From Labilithrix sp. (GTDB lineage: Bacteria; Myxococcota_A; Polyangia; Polyangiales; Polyangiaceae): 64,000 bases of DNA. Within the stretch, counting starts at the first letter, position 1; each line of letters begins with the position of its first letter. Location of the stretch: positions 187,730-251,729 of the forward strand of contig JAXLYU010000014.1 of NCBI GenBank assembly GCA_046351255.1, in the 5' to 3' direction. Positions 30,739 through 40,474 of the stretch are shown piece after piece. Under the pieces are notes generated by a model, which had not been told where the DNA came from, ran no database searches, and saw nothing but the letters and a program-made list of their open reading frames with translations. A program made the position numbers and the translations under genes.

Positions 30739-30791
30739 AGTCGCTCTTGGCATTGGCCGCGGGTGGCGGATGACGCGCTGAGCCGCTCTCG

Positions 30792-33209
30792 TCAGGTGTC
30801 ACGAGCATGCTCGGCGGCGCCGTTGCTCTTGAGGACCGCGGCGACCTTCGTGCCCGCGAGGAGGCGCGCGAGGACGTCGCGGACGCTCTCGCCGCCGAGG
30901 ATCGCGAGCGGCGCCATGCTCTCCGCCATGCGCTCCGCGAGCGCGCGATCTCCGAAGGCCTGGAGGGCCGCGATGAGGTCAGGCGATACCGCCTTGGCCT
31001 TCTCGGAGACGGCCTGCACCTGCGCCGCGATCTCCTGCAGGTCGAGGGAGAGCTCCGCCTGCTTGCCCTCGATCTCCACCGCCTTGGAGGCGCGCTGGCG
31101 CTCGCGCTCCGCCTGGGCGACGGCGTCGATGCCCTGCTGCTCCGCCTGCTTTGCCGAGAGGCGCGCCTTCTCGACCGCGTGCTCGCCCTCGATGGCCGCG
31201 ATGGCGAGCTCGCTGCGCTGCTTCGCGGTCCGTGCCTGCACCTCCGCGATCTCGCGCTCGATCGCCTCGCGCTCGCGCACGAGCTCGAGGCGGCGCTTCT
31301 CGCCGTCGAGGGTCAAGGTCTGGCCGACCACGGCGTGCTGCGCCTCGACCAGGAGGGCGTCGATCTTCGCGTCGCCGATCGCGACATCGAGGACCTCGAC
31401 GTCGTAGACGCGCATGCCGTTCTCCTCGAACGCTCGGCCGGGGCGCTTGCCGCCTTCACCGGGAACGCCGAGCACCACGTCCCGCACGAGCGGCGCGACG
31501 CGCGGATGCAGCTCCTGCACGCGGTGGGACTTCACGGCGGCGCGCACGAGCGAGCGCAGGTGCTCGGTGAGGAACTTGACGTAGTTCTCGACGGAGAACC
31601 ACCGGCTCGGGTCGCCCTCGAAATTCACGCGGTACGACAGGCGAATGCGGATCGAGACGAGGTCCGCCGTCTCCGCCTCGATGAGGTCGGAGACCTTGTT
31701 GTAAAGTACACGCAGGTAGACGGTGCGTTCGACCTTGGCGTCGCTCTTCGGCGTGCCGGTGGAGAGCTCCATCGCCTGGAGGACCTCGTCGTACTCGAGG
31801 AGGTGGGTGGCGGGCGAGACGATGACCTTGCGCATGCCCGTCTTGCTCACGACCTCGACCGCGTAGCCCGTGTGGGGCGCGATGGAGACCGCGCCGTCGT
31901 AGCGGGTGTCGAGGACGATCGTGCGTGGTTGCGTGAAGCTCTGCTTGCGGTCGAAGTCGTCGCCGACGAAGGCCGGGGGCTTGGCGGCGGCCGGCTCCGC
32001 GGGCGGCGGCACCGGAATATTCTGTTTCGTCTCGGGGACGAGATCGCGATGTCCGTTCTCGCGCAGCGCGGCGAGGCTCTCGTTGTGCTTCAGCGCGACG
32101 GGATTGCCCGGAAACCACAGCTCGACCTGCCGGCGATCGAGGATGCGGCGCACGATGACCTCGCGGCGCGGGTCCGGGAGGAAGATCTGCGGCCCGCGCT
32201 CGAGGCGGACGTGTCCGGCCTGACGGTCGAGCACGTAGCGCGCCTCGCCCGCGGGGATCGCCACCGCGTGGTGAATCGTCTGCTCGCCATATCGAACGAT
32301 CGCGTGCTCGGGCCGCGGGAAATAGATCATCTGCTCGCGGCCGGTGATGAAGACCTCATCGCCGACCTTTCGCGGAGCGCCGTCTTCCTCGATGTAGGGC
32401 GCGATGACCTTGACGTAGATGCCGCTGTTCTCGTTCAGCTCGATGGCGCGGAACTTGTGGACCCCGCCGCGCTCCACGAAGGTCTCCGTGGGGCTCGGAA
32501 AGACGACCGCCGGCCCGCGGAGGAATTTCTTGTCGCCGTTCTCGTCGAGCAAGATGGCATATTCCAGGCGCTCGAGCGTCACCGCGTCACGGACGTAATT
32601 GCCTTTCTCGTCCGGGACCACCTCGATGCCCGTCGGCGGGATGTAGAAGGAGACGACGGTGCCGCGAATGACGAGGAGATTCCCCATCGTCAGGTCCGGG
32701 AGCGGCGGCGGCTGGGGGTCGCCGTCGGCGCTCGCGGTCTTGATGACGGCGTTCCCCCAGTTCGCGCGCGCCGCGTCCTCGTCGTAGACGCGCACGACGA
32801 GGTACTGATTCGAGCGCAGGTGGTGGCCCTGGATGACACGGACGAGCTGGCCGGGCCACAGCGCGAAGGAGACGGGGCCCGCGATGGTGCGCTTCCGCCC
32901 GACCTCGAGCTCGACGAGGTTGTTGATGGCGCCGGTCTTCGGGTGCGTGCCGTCGCGCGCGGGGTTCTTGAGGAGCACGTACCAGCCGACCGGCGCCACG
33001 GCAAAGGCGTTGATCGCCTCCTCCAGCGTCACGCGGTCGAAGCGCTTCGTGTTCTCCGTGAAGACGACGGGCTGGTCCGTGTTGGCCAGGCTCGTCTTGT
33101 GTGGTCCGACGTAGACATTGATGTTTCCCTTCGTCTCGTCGGAAATGAAGGCAAATTCGTTCGGAGCCAGGACCAAGTCCCGCTCGCGCGCCCGCTCCCT
33201 CTCGCTCAT
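30792..33209 (-). CDS. Major vault protein (MVP) homologue
   Basis: ATG at 33209 ([50 protein letters not shown]) aligns with the eukaryotic MVP N-terminus ([38 protein letters not shown]). Successive ~55-aa vault repeats follow. The shoulder region [21 protein letters not shown]...[31 protein letters not shown] matches MVP [20 protein letters not shown]...[31 protein letters not shown]. A long C-terminal cap-helix coiled coil is present. The 94-aa N-terminal extension of track ORF 30792..33491 is rejected. Confidence 0.8.
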   Translation of the reverse strand: [805 protein letters not shown]

Positions 33210-33357
33210 GGATGCGACGTAGAGTCGGAGTTGCCTCCGGTCCAGTAGTGGCCGGAGCAGCGGTTGGCGCTCCGACTTCGCGTCGCTGGGACGCAAGCAC
33301 CCGGCGCCCGCGATGGTGCGGATGTTGCGTCGGGCGGCGCACCCATGGAGGGGACTC
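33210..33357. promoter_or_regulatory. Divergent intergenic region (MVP gene versus BON-domain gene) with nested inverted repeats
   Basis: The sequence agtcggag-ttgcctccgg-(14 nt)-ccggagcagcggttggcg-ctccgact contains an outer 8-bp and an inner 6-bp inverted repeat. This is a candidate operator or hairpin. Confidence 0.3.
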
Positions 33358-33759
33358 ATGAACACTCGATTTGCCATCCTTTCGCTCGCGCTCGCGCTCG
33401 CGCTCGTGGGCGCTGGCGCCTGCAACAAGGACAAAGACACTCCGCACGCCAGCGACACGACCACCACGAACGCCGACAACACGCAGGTCAACGAGCGTGA
33501 TCGTCAGCCCACCGTCACGCCCGTCGATCAGGGCAACAGCAAAGACGAGCTCGCGATCTCGTCCGCGATCCGTCAGTCGATCATGTCGAAGGACGGTCTC
33601 TCGTTCGATGCCAAGAACGCGAAGGTCGTGACCATCGGCACGAAGGTGACCTTGCGCGGCCCGGTGAAGTCGGAAGAAGAGCGCATGACGCTCGAGAACA
33701 TTGCCAAGACCACGAAGGGTGTGACCTTCGTCGACGATCAGCTCGAAGTGAAAAAGTAA
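33358..33759 (+). CDS. BON-domain lipoprotein (OsmY-like)
   Basis: ATG at 33358 (MNTRFAILSLALALALVGAGAC, lipobox). The BON-like C-terminus reads AKNAKVVTIGTKVTLRGPVKSEEERMTLENIAKTTKGVTFVDDQLEVK. Confidence 0.7.
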   Translation: MNTRFAILSLALALALVGAGACNKDKDTPHASDTTTTNADNTQVNERDRQPTVTPVDQGNSKDELAISSAIRQSIMSKDGLSFDAKNAKVVTIGTKVTLRGPVKSEEERMTLENIAKTTKGVTFVDDQLEVKK

Positions 33760-33771
33760 GAGGAACAGACC

Positions 33772-34299
33772 ATGAAAAAAGCAGTCATGTGCATCGTGTC
33801 GACGCGTCCGCAGGCCGAGACGATCGTCGCCCAGCTCCAGCAAAGCGGCTTCTCGGACAACGACATCTCCGTTCTCTTCCCCGATCAGAAGGGGACGAAG
33901 GACTTCGCGCACGAGCACAACACCAAGGCGCCCGAAGGCGCGGTCGCAGGCGCGAGCGCCGGCGGCGTCCTTGGCGGCACGGTCGGGTTGCTCGCCGGTA
34001 TCGGCGCGCTCGCGATCCCCGGGCTTGGCCCCTTCATTGCGGCCGGTCCGCTCCTCGCGGCCCTCAGCGGCGCCGCAGCGGGCGCCACCCTCGGCGGCGT
34101 GACCGGGGCGATGGTCGGCATGGGCATTCCCGAGATCGAAGCGAAGCGCTACGAAGGCAAGCTTCGTCAGGGCAATCTCCTCATCGCCGTTCACACGGAG
34201 AACGCCGAGGAGCAGAAGCGCGCGGAGCAGATCTACAAGGCCGCCTCCGCGAACGACGTCTTCTCGCAGACGGAAGCCGCCGTCCCGTCGAGCGCCTGA
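33772..34299 (+). CDS. General stress protein 17M-like (YflT-type) protein with Gly-zipper
   Basis: An AGGAA RBS lies 8 nt upstream. The N-terminus CIVSTRPQAETIVAQLQQSGFSDNDISV matches the GSP17M N-domain. The central GxxxG glycine-zipper segment is typical. Confidence 0.6.
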   Translation: MKKAVMCIVSTRPQAETIVAQLQQSGFSDNDISVLFPDQKGTKDFAHEHNTKAPEGAVAGASAGGVLGGTVGLLAGIGALAIPGLGPFIAAGPLLAALSGAAAGATLGGVTGAMVGMGIPEIEAKRYEGKLRQGNLLIAVHTENAEEQKRAEQIYKAASANDVFSQTEAAVPSSA

Positions 34300-34323
34300 A
34301 CACGGACCGTCGCTCGATCGCAC

Positions 34324-34362
34324 GAACGCCCGGGACCACGGACTCGGGCGTTCTGCGTTTGT
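34324..34362 (+). terminator. Putative rho-independent terminator
   Basis: gaacgcccgg-gaccacggac-tcgggcgttc has an 8-9 bp GC stem and is followed by tgcgtttgtgg (T-rich for this genome). It lies 25 nt after the stop at 34299. Confidence 0.4.
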
Positions 34363-34987
34363 GGGGCGGTCGCGTGGGGTGTGGCAGAAGGATGCGAGCT
34401 CGCGCATCGCGGGACCGGAGGCGATGTCGCTGCGTCACGGAGCGCGAAACACGAGCAGCGTCGCGCTCATTGCCGGGGCGCGGTAGGCATACGCATGGTT
34501 CTTCGTCAGCGCCGACGTGGCGGCGTGGGACGGATCCGCGTGCGCAGCGATGAAGGGACCTTCTCCGGATGCTCGACCCGCACCGCCGTGTCGGCAAAGC
34601 GGAGCCCGTTGCCGTCCGCGTTTCGCACGAGCCGGAAGCCACCGAACGTCGTGGGAGCGGCATCGACGAGGTAGCGGAACGGCGCCGTGCGCGCCGCGCG
34701 TCCGCTGGTATCGACCGCTCGGAGCACGACGCTCGTTCCGGTCGCGATCTTGGGCGTCGAGCCCGCCCATTTGCCCCACTGGGTCGAGAGCGAGATCGTG
34801 CCCCCGCCGACGACCTCGAGCGAGGCGGACGCGACGCTGCCGGAGATGCTGAACTCGACCCACCAGTTGTTCGCGCCCGCGGGCCGAGCGCGAGCATGGC
34901 ACTCACGACGATCGTGCTGCGCATTGCGAAGCTCCCTTCGACGGGGAAGTTGCACTCCGTATGCCGCGCAGGCGTCCTCCGCGCGGG

Positions 34988-35864
34988 TCACGGATCGAAC
35001 AGCACGATCGGAAGCCGAGGTTCGGACGCCGGACGCAGCTTCGTCCGCCGCACGTGCAGCGCACGTCGCGAGCGCGCGCCCTCGAGCCACTCCGCGAGAT
35101 CGTCGGGCCAGCCCCCCTCTCGGAGAACGAGCAGCTCGGTGGCGTGTCGCTGCGTCACCTCGCGAAGGACGTGCACGTCCCAGGGCCGGACATCGGCACT
35201 CGCGATCACGAGGTCGACATCCCCGCGCCGGAGGAGATCGCAGGCCTTGTGGACGTATCGCGCCGGCGTCACGCGCCAGGCGGCCGGCGTGAGAGCCTGG
35301 CAGGCGTCAATCGCCGCTTCGCCGATGCGAATCGCAACGACGTTCAGGGGCGGAATGGCAGGGCGACTCGTGCGGGGCTCCGGACTCACGGGGCCGCGTG
35401 TGCAACCCGCGCGCCGCTGCGACCAGCGCGAATTGCGCCCATTTCCGGTCGTGGTCTCGCAGATCGCCAGGCGCGATTCGCACGATGCGCATTTCGCGCG
35501 TTCAGCTGTCCGAGCGCACGAACATCGCGCCGGCGCCGTAGCCGTTGCTGGCGCCGTAGTGGAGGTGACCGTGAACGTGATGCACCGCGTGTCGCGCGCA
35601 CCAGAGCTGCGCGCCTCCGGTCGCAAATCGGATATCCGTGCACGCGGGACAGGCGGGCTCGATCTCGGGCACCGCTTCGCTGCGTGGCCGCGCCAGGAGC
35701 ACCGCGCACGGCGCGCGTCGCACGAGCTTCCGCGAGAGAGAGCCGCTCAGCCACGCGATGCCGCCCGACGCCGGCGCTCCGACGACGAGATAATCGGCTC
35801 GGAGCTCGGCCGCGCTCTGCAAGATGCACCTCAACGGGCTTCCGGTCTCGAGGTGTCCGGCCAC
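34988..35864 (-). pseudogene. Disrupted tandem universal-stress-protein (UspE-like) gene
   Basis: Two Usp C-terminal halves sit in different frames: ADYLVVGAPASGGIAWLSGSLSRKLVRRAPCAVLLARP at 35864..35700 and DVDLVIASADVRPWDVHVLREVTQRHATELLVLRE at about 35300..35060. No intact N-terminal halves or single ORF exist. Confidence 0.4.
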
Positions 35865-36096
35865 GCGGGCTGTCGTGAGATCCCTGGCTCTGGCGACGAG
35901 CGTTCATGGCGGTCTCCCATCCGGGGGAGTGCACCGCGCGTGCCTATCCGCGGCAGTACTCGATTGAGGATGGCAGCAAGCACGACGGTGTGAGCGGCGA
36001 CATGAGCGCTCTTCTGCTATTTGCGATTTGCGAGAGCGTGCCTCCTGCGAAGGCCCGGCGGTGGACGGGAGCGGGAGCTCGGGATAGTCGTCGCCG

Positions 36097-36492
36097 ATGG
36101 GTGGTTCATCGAAACGAGCCGCGCGCGTGCGGCGCCTCGTGGTGATCGGGGCGTCGGCGGGCGGGTTCGACGCGATCGGAAGGCTCTTCGAGCAGCTACC
36201 GTCGCGCTTTCGCGCGGCGGTGTTCGTCGTCCTGCATTCGGCGCCGAGCTTCGATGCCGCCTCGTGGGTGAGCCGGCTCCGCAAGCGGTGTCCCCTCGAC
36301 TGCAAGCTCGCCAGCGACGGGGAGCGCTTCCATTCGGGGGTCATCTACATCGCGCGACCCGACGCGCATCTGCTCGTGAAAGGGAGCTCCGATCGCGGGA
36401 GCCCAGGGGACGCACGGCCGAGCGGGGCACGGGCTCCTCGCACGGGTTCGCTCGATTTTCCCCGACCTCGGGCTCCGGCAGCCTGGGCGTGA
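36097..36492 (+). pseudogene. CheB-type methylesterase fragment (N-terminal ~100 aa of catalytic domain only)
   Basis: LVVIGASAGGFDAIGRLFEQLPSRFRAAVFVVLH...CPLDCKLASDGERFHSGVIYIARPDAHLLV matches the CheB_methylest N-terminal half. The ORF then runs into Arg/Pro-rich sequence with no second half. Confidence 0.45.
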
Positions 36493-36531
36493 GCACGATG
36501 GCCGCTCGCCGCTCCTCACTCGCGCGTGGGG

Positions 36532-37937
36532 TCAGCGGGGCTTTCGCCTCTTCGGTCCGCGATGGAGCCAGCGATAGAGCGTCGAGACGTCGACCTCGAG
36601 GATGGTGGCGGCGGCGACCTTGTCGCCGCCCGTGTGCTGGAGGACGCGCGCGACGTGGCGCATCGTCATTTCGCGGATCGAGGTGTTCAGGGCGTCGGGC
36701 GGGAGAGGGTGGACCGCGGGGTCGCCCGTGACGGACGGCTGGGCGTCGCGGCCTCCGCTCGCCTGCATCGCGGCCACGTCTGCCTCCTCGACGCGCGTCG
36801 TCTTGCCGAGCACCACGAGGCGCTCGATGGTCGCCTGGAGCTCGCGGATGTTGCCGTGCCACGGTAGGCGCAGGAAGAGCTCGTGGGCCTCGGGCGCGAT
36901 CGACTCGACCTGCGAGCGCGGATTGCGTGCGCGCGCGTCGTCGAAGAAGTATTGAATCAGCGAGGGGAGGTCGTCTCTCCTTTGGCGGAGCGCCGGGACC
37001 TCGATCGCGAGGACGTTGAGGCGGAAATAGAGTCCTCGCGGAACTTGCCGGCGCGCACCGCGACGGAGAGATCGCGGTGCGTCGCGGCGACGAACCGGAC
37101 GTCGACCGGGCGCTCGTGATCGCCGCCGACGGGACGGATGCCTTTTCCTTCGAGGACGCGGAGCATGCGGCCCTGGAGCTCGATTGGCAGATCCGCGATC
37201 TCGTCGAGGAAGAGCGTGCCGCCCTCGGCCTCCGCGATGAGGCCGCGGCGGGCGCGGGTCGCGCCCGTGAAGGCGCCGGCGACGTGGCCGAAGAGCTCGC
37301 TGTCGAGGAGCGTGGAAGGGATCGCGCCGGCGTTGACGACGACGTAAGGACGATGACGGCGCGGGCCGCGCGCGTGGATGCGCGCCGCGAGGAGGTCCTT
37401 GCCCGTGCCGGTCTCACCGATGAGCAGCACCGGCGCCGTCGAGTGCGCGACGCGGTCGGCGGACTCGAGGGCGAGCGCGAGGGCGGGGGACGAGCCCACG
37501 ATGGTCCCGGGCGAGAACGGGCGCGGCGGGACCACGCTGCGGCCGCCTTCGAGACGGATGCCCTCGGTTTCGGACACCGCTCGCTCGACGCTCGACTGGA
37601 GCAGCCCGCCGTCGATCGGCCAGAGGAGGTAATCAGAGGCGCCCCGGCGACCGGCTTCGAGGAGGTTCGTCGCGCTGGCATCGCTGCCGACGAGGATGAC
37701 CTTGGTCGCGGGGCTCTGCTCGCGCGTCGAGCTCAGGAGGTCGAAGCCCGCTGGATCTGCGAGCTCGTGGCGGGCCACGACCACGTCGACGGGCTGCTGC
37801 GCAAGAGCGGCCATGGCCGCATCGCCGGTCGAGGCCACCTCGCATGCAAAATGCGGCGCGAGCGCGGTCTGCAGGTGAGCAGCCGCGTGGTCGTCCTCGT
37901 CGACGATCAAGACACGGAACCGGCGTCGCGTGACCAT
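36532..37937 (-). pseudogene. Sigma-54-dependent response regulator (NtrC/Fis family) interrupted by a 1-nt frameshift
   Basis: Receiver domain (VLIVDED...), AAA+ sigma-54 domain (VLLIGETGTGKDLLARAIH, ESELFGH, GGTLFLDEI) and C-terminal Fis HTH (MRHVARVLQHTGGDKVAAATILEVDVSTLYRWL) are all present. The frame breaks in FRED|LYFRLNV (observed GAGGACTCTATTTCC, expected GAGGACCTCTATTTCC) near 37032. Confidence 0.65.
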
Positions 37938-37968
37938 GAGGCTCCTTCGTTCTACTCCTGAAGCGTGG

Positions 37969-38576
37969 CTACGGCGGCTTTCTCTTTCCCGCTCGTTCCT
38001 CTTTCGACTTTCGTCGCGACTTCAGCGCAGAGGAGAACGCTTGTCGCAGCGTCGCTGCCGTGAATGGCTTCGTCACGAAGCCATCCGCGAGCGCGAGCAA
38101 CTCCGGCGGGACCCCCTCGGGCGCATCGCCGCTCATCAGCACCACGGGCACCTTCGAGTGCTCTCGAATCCGCTGGAGCGTGGCGAGGCCATCGAGCCGC
38201 GGCATCGTCAGATCGAGCAGGACGGCGGAGATCTCTGCGTGCCGGTCTTGCAGGACGGCCAGTCGAGATCGAGCCGCGCGAATCGAATCGGGCTCTGCCC
38301 CGCATACGACAGCATCTGCTGCGAGAGCGTACCGAGGCTCTGGATCCGATCCGCCTCCGCCACGCGAGCCTGGCTCTGCATGCGCTTGGCCTCCACCTCG
38401 CGGCGCTGGCTCTCGTCGGTGACGCAGAGGATGCACTCACCGCCCGCGAGACGCCCACCCAAAAGAGATGCGGCCTCGATGCGAACGGGGCGCAGGCCAC
38501 GCACCGTGACGAGCACGCTGTCGTGCCCAGCAGCGCGGCGCCGGATTTTCTTTGTCCAGGGCAGCGGCATCGGCAT
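37969..38576 (-). pseudogene. Remnant of a PAS/hybrid histidine kinase (PAS end plus HisKA stub, then receiver C-terminal half in another frame)
   Basis: Frame B (38576..38208) reads ...VLVTVRGLRPVRIEAASLLGGRLAGGECILCVTDESQRREVEAKRMQSQARVAEADRIQSLG (PAS C-terminus plus HisKA start). Frame A (38436..37969) reads ISAVLLDLTMPRLDGLATLQRIREHSKVPVVLMSGDAPEGVPPELLALADGFVTKPFTAATLRQA (receiver C-terminus). The catalytic core is missing. Confidence 0.4.
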
Positions 38577-38790
38577 CGCGCCCGACGAGATCGCGCACGT
38601 CTTCGAGCGGCACTACCAGGCGCCTTCGAGCGGCCCCGTCCGCAAGCTGGGCTCGGGCCTGGGGCTCTCCATCTGCAAGTCGATCGTCGAGCTCTCCCGC
38701 GGGCGGATCTGGGCGACGAGCCGGCGCGGGAGGGGCACCACGATGATGTTCTCTCTTCCGGTCGCGACGGGGGATGGTCTGCCGGAGTAG
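38540..38790 (+). pseudogene. Histidine-kinase HATPase_c C-terminal fragment
   Basis: VQGSGIGIAPDEIAHVFERHYQAPSSGPVRKLGSGLGLSICKSIVELSRGRIWATSRRGRGTTMMFSLP covers the G1/G2 boxes. No upstream N-box or HisKA lies in frame. Confidence 0.4.
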
Positions 38791-38842
38791 CGAGCTTCGA
38801 TGCGTCGCCGGCGGCTTCGTCTGGTGGTATTCCAAGCGCGCC

Positions 38843-40438
38843 ATGGTCCCCCGTCGCCAGCCGCCCCGGGGGACACCATGGGCGCTCTTGCTCGCGGCGC
38901 TCCTCGCTTGCGCGCCGCCGCGGATGGCGCCGAGCTCCGCGCCGGGCCACGCGCGCACCCTCGTCCTCTACGACGACACGGGGCCGTACGCGTGGCTCGG
39001 AGAGCTCTACGCCGCCGGCGCGGGCGTGCTCGCGAGCCATTTCGGGTCGTGGCGTCCGACGGCGATCTCGGCCTACCAGCGCGGCGCGATGAGCGGCTTC
39101 GACGCCGCCGTATACATCGGGTCGAGCTACGGTCAGCCGCTTCCGCAGGGGTTCATCGACGATGTCATGGCCGGGAAGACGCGCGTCGTCTGGGTGGCGC
39201 AGAACCTGTGGCAGCTCGCGCAGCGAACGCCGGACTTCGACGCGCGTTACGGCTTCCGGCCCGGGCCGGTCGATCGCGGGCCGTTTCACGCCGTGACCTA
39301 CAAGGGCGTCCGTCTCGCGCGTGCGGCGGACGCGGCCGAGGGGCTGACCGCCATCGACGCGATCGCGCCCGACACGGTGAAGGTCCTCGCGCGTGCGGAG
39401 CGGGACGACGGCTCCTCCGTGCCGTGGGCGGTGCGGAGCGGCCATCTCACGTACGTGGCGGAGAACCCGATGGCGTACGTGACGCCCGGCGATCGGTTCC
39501 TGGCGTTCTCCGATCTCCTCTTCGACGCGCTCGCGCCGAGCACGCCGCCGCGGCATCGAGCGGTGGTGAGGATCGAGGACGTCACGGCTCGCTCCTCACC
39601 GGCGGCGCTCCGTGCGGTCGCGGATGCGCTCTCCGCGCGCCGGGTCCCATTCGCGATCGCGCTCATACCCGTTTACGTGAATCCGAGGAGCGGCGAGCGA
39701 CTCTCCATCGCGGACGCGCCGGAGGTGCTGGAGGCGCTCCATTACATGCTCGATCACGGGGGCACGCTCGTGCTTCATGGGTATACGCACCAATACGAAA
39801 TAGAGAAGAATCCGTTCTCGGGCGTGACCGGGGACGACTTCGAGTTTTATCGTGCCCACGTCGACGCGAGCGGCGTCGTGCTGGACGGACCGGTGCCGGG
39901 CGATTCGGCGGCGTGGGCAGAGGATCGCGTCTCGCGCGGGCTCGAAGAGGTGACTCGTGCCGGACTGCCACGGCCGGGGGTCTTCGAGTATCCCCATTAC
40001 GCAGGCTCGCCGGTGGACTCCCGCGCCATCGCGCGGAAGATCGATATCGCATTTCAGCGCGAGACGATCTTCGCCGGCGCGCTCCGCGGCAAGGACGAGG
40101 ACACTTCGCGCTCGCTCGGGCTGCCGCTGCCGTACGTGGTCGACGATCTCTACGGCTGGAGCGTGGTGCCCGAGAACCTCGGGAATTACGCGCCGACGTC
40201 CATTCTCGGCCGCGCCCCCGAGACGCCCGAGCTCATCGTCGAGCGCGCCCGCTCGCTCCTCGTCGTCCGCGACGGCGTGGCGGGGTTCTTCTTTCACCCG
40301 ATCTACGACCGTTCGATCCTCGAGCGCATCGTCGACGACATCACGGCCGTGGGATACACGTTCGTGTCGGTGGAGTCCTTGAGCGCCTCGTCCGCCACCG
40401 CCGCGCGAGCGAGCCGCGGGCCACACGCCGCTCGCTGA
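38843..40438 (+). CDS. DUF2334-type protein (polysaccharide deacetylase superfamily), secreted
   Basis: ATG at 38843 (MVPRRQPPRGTPWALLLAALLACAPP) gives a signal peptide. TLVLHGYTHQYE is the characteristic DUF2334 motif. Total length is 531 aa. Confidence 0.6.
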   Translation: MVPRRQPPRGTPWALLLAALLACAPPRMAPSSAPGHARTLVLYDDTGPYAWLGELYAAGAGVLASHFGSWRPTAISAYQRGAMSGFDAAVYIGSSYGQPLPQGFIDDVMAGKTRVVWVAQNLWQLAQRTPDFDARYGFRPGPVDRGPFHAVTYKGVRLARAADAAEGLTAIDAIAPDTVKVLARAERDDGSSVPWAVRSGHLTYVAENPMAYVTPGDRFLAFSDLLFDALAPSTPPRHRAVVRIEDVTARSSPAALRAVADALSARRVPFAIALIPVYVNPRSGERLSIADAPEVLEALHYMLDHGGTLVLHGYTHQYEIEKNPFSGVTGDDFEFYRAHVDASGVVLDGPVPGDSAAWAEDRVSRGLEEVTRAGLPRPGVFEYPHYAGSPVDSRAIARKIDIAFQRETIFAGALRGKDEDTSRSLGLPLPYVVDDLYGWSVVPENLGNYAPTSILGRAPETPELIVERARSLLVVRDGVAGFFFHPIYDRSILERIVDDITAVGYTFVSVESLSASSATAARASRGPHAAR

Positions 40439-40474
40439 GAGACGCGATCAACGCGATCTGCGCGCGCCTGTCCC

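Noticed and set aside
32587-34407. 606-aa minus-strand ORF
   Set aside because: Spans the MVP 5' end, the divergent intergenic region and the BON and GSP17M genes in antisense. Low complexity.
34569-35993. 474-aa plus-strand ORF
   Set aside because: Arg-rich. It covers the region where the minus-strand Usp fragments are the only recognisable coding sequence.
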